NCBI GenBank assembly: GCA_046543235.1
Contig: JBKGZT010000028.1
Location: forward strand, 1-16,924
Length of the DNA stretch: 16,924 nt
Direction: 5' to 3'
Source: Candidatus Acetothermia bacterium
Lineage (GTDB): Bacteria; Bipolaricaulota; Bipolaricaulia; M55B111
In this document: positions 1-6,307 of the stretch, piece after piece
Layout: the number at the start of each line of letters is the position of its first letter
Numbering within the stretch: the stretch's first letter is position 1
Notes under the pieces: generated by a model
Database searches by the model: none
What the model saw: the letters and a program-made list of their open reading frames with translations, nothing else
What the model was told of the DNA's origin: nothing
Program-made: the position numbers and the translations under genes

Positions 1-767
1 TAGCCGGTCATCTCGCGCCACAACTTTAGTCCTTCGAGGACTAGGTCCTTCTCGTAGTGTTCTATGGCCTCTACTTCGGTCGCGAAAAGCCGCCCCTTTC
101 CCCCGGTGGCGATTACCTCCAGGTTCCCTTCTCGGTACTCGGCCTGAAACCGCTCGATCATTCCTTCTATCATGCTTACGAAACCCAGGACGAACCCGGA
201 ATTTATATTGTCGGCCGAAGTCTTACCGATTACGCTCTCCGGCAAGGTAAGCTCGATTTCCGGAAGCAGAGCTGCCCTTTCCACGAGCGCTTCGAGAGCC
301 GTCTCCATTTCCGGAGCTATCGCTCCCCCGAGGAAGTTTCCCTCCCGGGAATACAGCTCGAAACTCGTAGCCGTTCCGAAGTCAATTATCAAACCCGGAC
401 CGCCGTATAGTTCCACGCTCGCGATGATGGTCGCTACCCTATCGGGCCCGACCTCGCCGGGTTCTTCGACCTGTAGTTCGACGATACCGTTTTCCATTGG
501 CCTCAAGAACTCCGGAGTGACGCCAAGATAACGTTCCAGGCCCTCCTTCAGGTTCCGGTTCAAATACGGCACCACGGATGATATTACCGTGTCTTCTATA
601 TCCTCGGGATTTATCCCGGAAGTGTAGAGCAAAGAACGGATTCTCAAGCCGATCTCGTCCGACGTGAGCCCCTGAACCGTGGAGAGCCTCCAGGTCTCCT
701 GGATTTCGTGGTTGTCAAAGCAGCCGACAGTTATGTTTGTATTACCGACGTCAAGTGCTAAAAACAT
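1..767 (-). CDS. coaX: Type III pantothenate kinase, 255 codons; the probable stop codon is cut by the window edge
   Basis: Not in the ORF track; translated by hand. ATG at 767-765 follows TAAGGAG. The protein begins MFLALDVGNTNITVG and contains SSVVP, GPDR, DFGTAT, GGAIAP, ATGG and C-terminal DLVLEGL, all CoaX motifs. The frame ends ...REMTG followed by TA at positions 2-1. Confidence 0.95.
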   Translation of the reverse strand, partial: MFLALDVGNTNITVGCFDNHEIQETWRLSTVQGLTSDEIGLRIRSLLYTSGINPEDIEDTVISSVVPYLNRNLKEGLERYLGVTPEFLRPMENGIVELQVEEPGEVGPDRVATIIASVELYGGPGLIIDFGTATSFELYSREGNFLGGAIAPEMETALEALVERAALLPEIELTLPESVIGKTSADNINSGFVLGFVSMIEGMIERFQAEYREGNLEVIATGGKGRLFATEVEAIEHYEKDLVLEGLKLWREMTG

Positions 768-782
768 TGTTGGCTCAACTCC

Positions 783-1970
783 TTACCTTGCAACTCCTCC
801 TTCGAAGGCCTTTCTAACAGCTCCGAACTCTTCCTCGTCTTCCAGAATGTCGACGCCTGTCATGGCCAAACCCTTGGCGGCAGTGATCATGGCCGAATAA
901 CCTTCCTCTGAGTCTGCTGCCTCCGCGAAAGCCTTGGAGTGAGCCGGCGTGCCCTCCTCGGCTATCTTGATGTAAGGATGAATGGCGGGAACTACCTGGC
1001 TTACGTTTCCCATGTCGGTAGACCCCATTCCGCTACCGTGCTCCTGGACCTCTTCGCCCAGCTCTTCCAAATTAGATCGAAAGAGATCCGCCAGGTGTTG
1101 ATTCGGCTTCATCGGTTCGTACAGCCTGCCCTCTTCCTTGATCTCCAGCTCTACTCCCGTCGCCAGTGCCCCAGCTCTGGCACAGTTTTTCACCTTTTCC
1201 AGCAATTCAGTTAAGTCGTCGAGTTCTTCGGCCCTCACGTAGAACCGGGCTCCGGCGTGCTCGGGCACGATGTTCGGCTTTTCTCCGCCATCGGTTATTA
1301 TTCCGTGGATCCTTGAACTCTCCTTCGTATGCTCTCGTAGAGCGTTCACGTTGTTAAAAGTAGAAATTGCGGCATCGAGTGCATTTATACCGTCTTCGGG
1401 CTGGGAAGCGGCGTGGGAAGCCTTCCCGTGGAAGTCGAACTTGAGTTCCTGGACCCCGAGGCTTCCCCGTCCGACGAGGTTTATGTCGGCGGGGTGGACC
1501 ATCATGGCGACGTCCACTTCCTCGAATATACCCGCGTCGAGGAGCTCGACCTTTCCGCCACCCCCTTCTTCCGCCGGGGTTCCAATTACGAGGACCTGGC
1601 CTCTCAGTTCTTCGGCGACCGAGCAGAGACCGAGACCGGCCCCGAGCCCTATATTTGCTATCAGGTTGTGGCCACAGGCGTGGCCAAGTCCGGGAAGTGC
1701 GTCGTACTCGCTCAGGTAGGCGACTGTCGGTCCCTCTTCCTGGCCCTTCGGACACCTCGCCAGAAAAGCGGTTTCCAGTTCCCCGATCCCCCTCTCTACC
1801 GAGAAGCCTTCCTCTTCCAGCGCCTCCGTCAGCCACTTTGCTGCCTCTCGCTCTTCGAACTTGAGTTCCGGGTTGTCGTAAATCCTACGGCCTATCTCCT
1901 CTAGCTTTCCGGAACGTTTGTCTATTTCTTTTTTTACTTTCTCTTTAAGTCCCCGATTATCCTCTCTCAT
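783..1970 (-). CDS. M20 family metallo-amidohydrolase, ACY1L2/PM20D2/AbgB-like subgroup
   Basis: Motifs NPELKFEE, EYDALPGLGHACGHNLI, GTPAEEGGGGK, MMVHP, GKASHAA and GSTDMGNVS. SD AAAGGAGGT precedes the ATG. Confidence 0.92.
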   Translation of the reverse strand: MREDNRGLKEKVKKEIDKRSGKLEEIGRRIYDNPELKFEEREAAKWLTEALEEEGFSVERGIGELETAFLARCPKGQEEGPTVAYLSEYDALPGLGHACGHNLIANIGLGAGLGLCSVAEELRGQVLVIGTPAEEGGGGKVELLDAGIFEEVDVAMMVHPADINLVGRGSLGVQELKFDFHGKASHAASQPEDGINALDAAISTFNNVNALREHTKESSRIHGIITDGGEKPNIVPEHAGARFYVRAEELDDLTELLEKVKNCARAGALATGVELEIKEEGRLYEPMKPNQHLADLFRSNLEELGEEVQEHGSGMGSTDMGNVSQVVPAIHPYIKIAEEGTPAHSKAFAEAADSEEGYSAMITAAKGLAMTGVDILEDEEEFGAVRKAFEGGVAR

Positions 1971-1991
1971 TTTACCTCCTTTCCACTTTGG

Positions 1992-2161
1992 ATCGTCTCG
2001 AAGTTTAATCCGACCAGGAATTTATTACAAACTAAGTTGTTTTCCGGCAGGGGTAGATTGTCAGGAGGTGGGAAGACTCCAGCGCTGGCGCTCGTTCAGG
2101 GGTACACGTACCTCAACGGGGAGACGGATTTGTCTAAAATTCCTGGTTGGGTTTCAGCGAT
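1992..2161 (+). ncRNA. Candidate structured RNA (long irregular hairpin); family not identified
   Basis: Nested pairings: 2007-2023 with 2137-2153 (17 bp, 2 G-U); 2027-2031 with 2129-2133; 2037-2045 with 2119-2127 (4 G-U); 2050-2055 with 2109-2114 (1 G-U). A weaker outer pairing joins ATCG at 1992 to CGAT at 2158. The wobble pairs work only on the + strand. No convincing promoter was found. Confidence 0.5.
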
Positions 2162-2164
2162 GCT

Positions 2165-2782
2165 TTACAGGTAATAAACCAGCTGTTCCAGTTCCTTCGT
2201 GATGTCAACCTGGGCGAGTTTGACCTCTTCGGGCAGGTCGAGGAGCGTCGGTGCGAAGTTCAGCACGCCGGTCACGCCCCCTTCGGCCATCTCGTCCGCC
2301 ACGGCCTGAGCTGAATCGGCCGGGACGGCGATTATACCCAGCTTTATCCCCTCTTTGGCTATCCTGCCTGACATGTTAGTTACGTCCTCTATCTCTACTT
2401 CGTTTATCTCCTTTCCGATTAGCTCGGGGTCGCTGTCGAAGGCCATGGAAATCTGAAAGTCACGATGATCGAACCCCGTGTAGGTAAGCAGGGCGGAGCC
2501 GATGTTGCCGACCCCCGCCAGCGCCATCTTCCATTGTGTGTCGAGGTTCAAGATTTCCCTAATTTTTGAAGCGAGCTTCTTCGTTCGATAACCCACTCCG
2601 CGGGTGCCGAAATCACCGAAGTAGGATAGATCCTTTCTGACCTGGGCGGAGTTCAGGTTTAACCTGTTTGAGAAGTTTTCTGAGGAGATGTTTTCCTCGC
2701 CGGCCTCGATTAGCTTCTCCAGACACCGTAGGTAGAGGGGCAGACGATCGATCGTCTCTTTCGGGATTTTTCTTTCTTTCAT
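2165..2782 (-). CDS. rex: Redox-sensing (NADH/NAD+) transcriptional repressor Rex, 205 aa
   Basis: Motifs IDRLPLYLR, SAQVRKDLSYFGDFGTRGVGY, Rossmann GVGNIGSAL and NFAP. Start moved from the track's 2947 to the ATG at 2782 (MKERKIP...), which follows GAGGT. Confidence 0.97.
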   Translation of the reverse strand: MKERKIPKETIDRLPLYLRCLEKLIEAGEENISSENFSNRLNLNSAQVRKDLSYFGDFGTRGVGYRTKKLASKIREILNLDTQWKMALAGVGNIGSALLTYTGFDHRDFQISMAFDSDPELIGKEINEVEIEDVTNMSGRIAKEGIKLGIIAVPADSAQAVADEMAEGGVTGVLNFAPTLLDLPEEVKLAQVDITKELEQLVYYL

Positions 2783-2831
2783 GGGTTTACCTCTTTTTTT
2801 ATAACACCCTGTTTTAAATGTGGCTTCTGGC

Positions 2832-2849
2832 TTGTGACTGTAATTATAA
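2832..2849. promoter_or_regulatory. Candidate Rex operator overlapping the rex -10 box
   Basis: TTGTGAC-TGTA-ATTATAA versus the consensus TTGTGAA-N4-TTCACAA: 6/7 and 4/7 matches with correct 18-bp geometry, 50 bp upstream of the rex start. Confidence 0.5.
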
Positions 2850-2870
2850 GGATATTTCCCGAGAAGGCAA
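2843..2870 (-). promoter_or_regulatory. Sigma70-type promoter for rex
   Basis: On the - strand: TTGCCT (2870-2865), 16-bp spacer, perfect TATAAT (2848-2843). Confidence 0.6.
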
Positions 2871-2933
2871 CATAACGCGGTAAACCCCCTTTCCTGGCGC
2901 TGTTCGGGAACGGTTGTCCGGAGAACCGCTTCT

Positions 2934-2962
2934 TTGCAAAGAATCACCCCTTCTAATATCCT
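2934..2962 (+). promoter_or_regulatory. Sigma70-type promoter for the aminotransferase-serA-DUF1015-alaS operon
   Basis: TTGCAA (2934-2939), 17-bp spacer, TATCCT (2957-2962). SD GGAGGTG lies upstream of the ATG at 3001. Confidence 0.5.
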
Positions 2963-2976
2963 TAATTGACAATTAA
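2962..2976. promoter_or_regulatory. Perfect 7-1-7 inverted repeat, putative operator
   Basis: TTAATTG-A-CAATTAA covers the predicted transcription start of the serine operon. Confidence 0.4.
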
Positions 2977-3000
2977 AAAATTTCTGGAGGTGCGTGCCTA

Positions 3001-4071
3001 ATGCACGAGAAGTTATTCACGCCTGGCCCGACTGAGGTCAGGTCAGAATTGCTGCAGGAACTTTCGACTCCTCAGGTTCACCATAGGACGGAAGAATTCA
3101 GCGAGATATACGACGACATTCAACCCAGATTGCAGAAGTTGCTCTATACGGACAAGCCGGTTTTCCTGTTTACCTCTTCTTCTACCGGAGCGATGGAATC
3201 GGCAGTTACCAACGGAGTAAGGAAAAAAGGTCTGACCGTCTCGAACGGGGCCTTTTCCGAGCGCTGGCACAAGATCGCCCGGAAGAACGGCGTGGAAATG
3301 GACAAGATCGAACGGGACTGGGGAACGCCCGTGCCGCCTTCTGCCGTTGACGATAAGCTTTCCACCGGAGAATACGACGCAGTAACCATGGTCTTCAACG
3401 AGACATCTACGGGTATGATGAACCCGGTAAAGGAAGTCGGAGAGGTCGTCAACAATTACGACGACGTTTTGTTCCTGGTGGACGCTGTATCCGGCATGGC
3501 CGGGGCCAAAATCGAGGTCGACGCGTGGGGTATCGACATGTGTCTGGCCGGGGTCCAGAAGGCCTTTGGTCTCCCGTCGGGACTGGCGGTAGCCTCGGTG
3601 AGCGAGAGGTTGCTGGAACGGGCGGAAGAGGTCGCACCCCGGAGTTATTACTTCAACCTTCCCCTGCTGCACAAGTACCACAAGAGAAGCCAGACGAGAA
3701 CGACCCCCGCAATTCCTCAGATAATTGGCTTGAGGAAACAGCTTGAGTACATCGTGGATGAAGAAGGGGTAGAAAACAGGTTCGCCCGCCACGATAAACT
3801 TTCCGGGATTGTTCAGGACTGGGCGAAGGAATACTTCGACATATTCCCCGAAGAAGGCTACTGGTCCAAGACACTTACCTGCGTCGAAAACACAAGGGGT
3901 ATTTCCGTAGCCGACCTGAACCAGGAACTTATAGAAAAACACAACACACGAATCGCCAATGGATACGGCGACATGTCGGAAGAGACGTTCCGAATATCCA
4001 ACATGGCCGACACGTCCGAGCCGGAAATTCGCGGGCTGCTGGCGACCATAAACGATATTCTCGGTCTATAA
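3001..4071 (+). CDS. Class V PLP-dependent aminotransferase (alanine-glyoxylate/serine-pyruvate family); probable alternative phosphoserine aminotransferase
   Basis: Motifs LFTPGP, NETSTG, LVDAVS, the PLP-lysine motif GVQKAFGLPSG and C-terminal FRI. The SerC role is inferred only from adjacency to serA. Confidence 0.9.
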   Translation: MHEKLFTPGPTEVRSELLQELSTPQVHHRTEEFSEIYDDIQPRLQKLLYTDKPVFLFTSSSTGAMESAVTNGVRKKGLTVSNGAFSERWHKIARKNGVEMDKIERDWGTPVPPSAVDDKLSTGEYDAVTMVFNETSTGMMNPVKEVGEVVNNYDDVLFLVDAVSGMAGAKIEVDAWGIDMCLAGVQKAFGLPSGLAVASVSERLLERAEEVAPRSYYFNLPLLHKYHKRSQTRTTPAIPQIIGLRKQLEYIVDEEGVENRFARHDKLSGIVQDWAKEYFDIFPEEGYWSKTLTCVENTRGISVADLNQELIEKHNTRIANGYGDMSEETFRISNMADTSEPEIRGLLATINDILGL

Positions 4072-4085
4072 AAAAGGAGGCAATC

Positions 4086-5000
4086 ATGGTTAAACTGTTG
4101 ATCTCCGATCCGATCGCCGAGGAGGGTATCGAAAAACTCGAGGACGCCGGATTCGACCTGGATCACAAATACGATCTATCGTCCGATGAGTTGAAAGAAG
4201 AGATAGGAAATTATCAGGGTATAGTGGTTCGATCCGCGACGAAGTTAAGGGCACCGATTCTCGACGAGGCCGATAACCTGGAGATAATCGTCCGGGCCGG
4301 GGTCGGGCTCGATAATATCGACCTGGACCGCGCCGAAGAGCTAGGGATTGAGGTTCAGAACACTCCCGAAGCCAGCTCGAACTCGGTGGCCGAGCTCGCC
4401 CTGGGTCACATGTTCGCCCTCGCCAGGGATATACCCCGGGGGACTGCGACGCTGAAGAAGAAGAAATGGATCAAGAGCGAACTCAAGGGGACCGAGCTGG
4501 CCGGCAAGACGCTCGGGGTAATAGGTGTTGGGCGGATCGGCAGTCTGGTTGCTCGGAAGGGGACTGCCCTCGGGATGGAAGCCCTGGGTTTTGACAAGTA
4601 CGTCGACGAGGCTCCGATCGAGGAAATCGAGATGGTCGAGATGGACCGGCTGCTTGCCAGCTCTGACTACGTCTCACTGCACATACCGTTTGTCGAGTCC
4701 GAAGGTGCCACTATCGGCGAGGCCGAACTGCGGAAGATGAAGGAATCGGCCTGTCTGATAAACTGTGCCCGGGGCGGAGTAGTGGATGAGGATGCACTGG
4801 TAAAGGCGCTGGAGAACGACTGGATCGCAGGTGCAGGGGTGGACGTCTTCACGGAAGAACCCCCACAGGACGACGACCTGCTGAAGTTCGACAATATCTC
4901 GCTTACGCCCCATCTTGGCGCGTCTACTGTGGAAGCACAGAGAAGGGTCGGTACGCAGGCAGCGGATGAATTGATCCAGTTCTTCGAAAAGGAGGGTTAA
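4086..5000 (+). CDS. serA: D-3-phosphoglycerate dehydrogenase-like 2-hydroxyacid dehydrogenase, short form with no ASB/ACT domain
   Basis: Motifs VRSATK, RAGVGLDNID, NTPEASSNSVAE, GVIGVGRIG, INCARGGVVDE and TPHLGASTVEAQ. It ends at 304 aa. SD AAAGGAGG. Confidence 0.85.
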   Translation: MVKLLISDPIAEEGIEKLEDAGFDLDHKYDLSSDELKEEIGNYQGIVVRSATKLRAPILDEADNLEIIVRAGVGLDNIDLDRAEELGIEVQNTPEASSNSVAELALGHMFALARDIPRGTATLKKKKWIKSELKGTELAGKTLGVIGVGRIGSLVARKGTALGMEALGFDKYVDEAPIEEIEMVEMDRLLASSDYVSLHIPFVESEGATIGEAELRKMKESACLINCARGGVVDEDALVKALENDWIAGAGVDVFTEEPPQDDDLLKFDNISLTPHLGASTVEAQRRVGTQAADELIQFFEKEG

Positions 5001-5002
5001 AC

Positions 5003-6304
5003 ATGGCCAAAGTACATCCGTTTCAAGGGTATCGGTACAACCCGGAAAAGGTAGGCGATATCAATCGCGTCGTAAGTCCGCCCTATGACAAGATAGACGA
5101 CGAGGAGAGGGAAGACCTGGCAAATGAGAGTCTCTACAACATAGTGAGGGTAATTCTGAGCAGGGCGGACGAAGGGGGGAAGGACAAATACGAAGTAGCC
5201 GCCGAAAACCTCCAGGACTGGATGGACGAGGGTGTCCTCCAGCAGGAAGAAGAACCCGGCTTCTACGCTTATTATCAGGAATACGAGGCCGAGGGCGAAA
5301 GGCGCACGAGGAAGGGGTTCGTCGGTCTCGGAGAGATCGAGTCCGGCGAGGGCGTCAAGGCCCACGAGGAGACGATGTCCGGACCGAAGGCCGATCGGTT
5401 GCGTCTTTTGCAGGCGACGGAAGCCAATTTCGGTCAGATATTCATGCTTTACTCGGACCCCGAAAACACGGTTACCGAAGCCATGGACGAGGCCATCGGG
5501 GACAAACCCCTCCTCGAGGTCAAGGACAAGTACCGCAACACCCATAAGCTCTGGAAGATCGGCGCGGACGACGTGATTTCTACTATAAAGGAAAGGATGT
5601 CCGACAAGGACCTCTACATAGCTGACGGTCACCACCGGTACGAAACCGCTCTGAACTTCATGAACGAATGTAAGGAAAAGGGCTGGTCCTCTCCGGAAAC
5701 CGGTGGCTTCGACAACAGGATGATGACGTTCGTTAACGTCGACGATCCGGGTTTAACCATCCTGGCGACACATCGATTGCTGCACGATCTTGATAACTTC
5801 AAGCCGCACGGTGTCCTGGATAAAGCCAGGGAACACTTCAAGATTTCCCGTTACGACGAGAGGGAAAAGATGCTGAGGAAGCTGGACGAGGATAGGGGAG
5901 AGGCACACACCTTTGGTTACCGGGCGAAGGGCGACAAAGCCTACTGGAGCCTGACACTGCAGGACGAGTCCGTGATGGACGACCTCCTGCCTGATAAGTC
6001 GGAGGCCTGGCGCCGGCTCGATGTCTCGATACTGCATAAGCTGGTGCTGGAAAAATATCTCGGGATTGACGAGGAAGCCCTAGAGGAGAAGCGCAACCTG
6101 GATTACGTCCGTGGCCGAGAAGAAGCCCTGGACATGCTCAAGGAAGGCGGCTACCAGGGAGCGTTCATCATGAATCCGACCCGGATCGAGCAGGTTAAGG
6201 AAATCGCGGACAAAGGTGAGAAGATGCCACAGAAGTCGACGGATTTCTATCCCAAGCTTTTAACGGGGCCGGTAATTCACAAGCTAAAAATCAACAAAGG
6301 TTAG
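5003..6304 (+). CDS. DUF1015 family protein with a ParB/Srx/SerK-like DGHHR motif
   Basis: Motifs PFQGYRY, SPPYD, HEET...KADRLRLL, LYIADGHHRYETA, THRLL and C-terminal MPQKSTDFYPKLLTG, which are characteristic of DUF1015. It starts 2 nt after the serA stop. Confidence 0.9.
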   Translation: MAKVHPFQGYRYNPEKVGDINRVVSPPYDKIDDEEREDLANESLYNIVRVILSRADEGGKDKYEVAAENLQDWMDEGVLQQEEEPGFYAYYQEYEAEGERRTRKGFVGLGEIESGEGVKAHEETMSGPKADRLRLLQATEANFGQIFMLYSDPENTVTEAMDEAIGDKPLLEVKDKYRNTHKLWKIGADDVISTIKERMSDKDLYIADGHHRYETALNFMNECKEKGWSSPETGGFDNRMMTFVNVDDPGLTILATHRLLHDLDNFKPHGVLDKAREHFKISRYDEREKMLRKLDEDRGEAHTFGYRAKGDKAYWSLTLQDESVMDDLLPDKSEAWRRLDVSILHKLVLEKYLGIDEEALEEKRNLDYVRGREEALDMLKEGGYQGAFIMNPTRIEQVKEIADKGEKMPQKSTDFYPKLLTGPVIHKLKINKG

Positions 6305-6307
6305 GTC

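Noticed and set aside
57-900. + strand ORFs 57-410, 172-531 and 679-900
   Set aside because: They are antisense shadows of coaX and the M20 gene, which carry full family motifs on the - strand.
2059-2084. SRP RNA apex (TCAGG...GGAA...AGC)
   Set aside because: It does not form the CAGG-stem-GNRA-stem-AGCAG helix 8 motif; the bases around GGAA do not pair as required.
2008-2152. Integron attC site (ACCCAAC matches RYYYAAC just after the rex stop on the - strand, with a long hairpin)
   Set aside because: The distal core is GTCGGAT, not GTTRRRY. There is no unpaired spacer next to the R box, no integrase, and the flanks are core genes.
1918-2202. 94-aa + strand ORF, or a type I toxin ORF inside the structured element
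   Set aside because: It overlaps both flanking genes, has no properly spaced SD-start pair and shows no hydrophobic toxin-like helix.
2783-2947. 55-aa N-terminal extension of Rex in the ORF track
   Set aside because: Rex similarity starts at MKERKIP with a good SD, and the extension runs across the predicted promoters.
3001-4071. 'Soluble hydrogenase 42 kDa subunit' label for the aminotransferase, tempting because hyp genes are nearby
   Set aside because: That is a legacy name for class V aminotransferases. The protein has a PLP-lysine motif and no Ni or Fe-S cysteine motifs.
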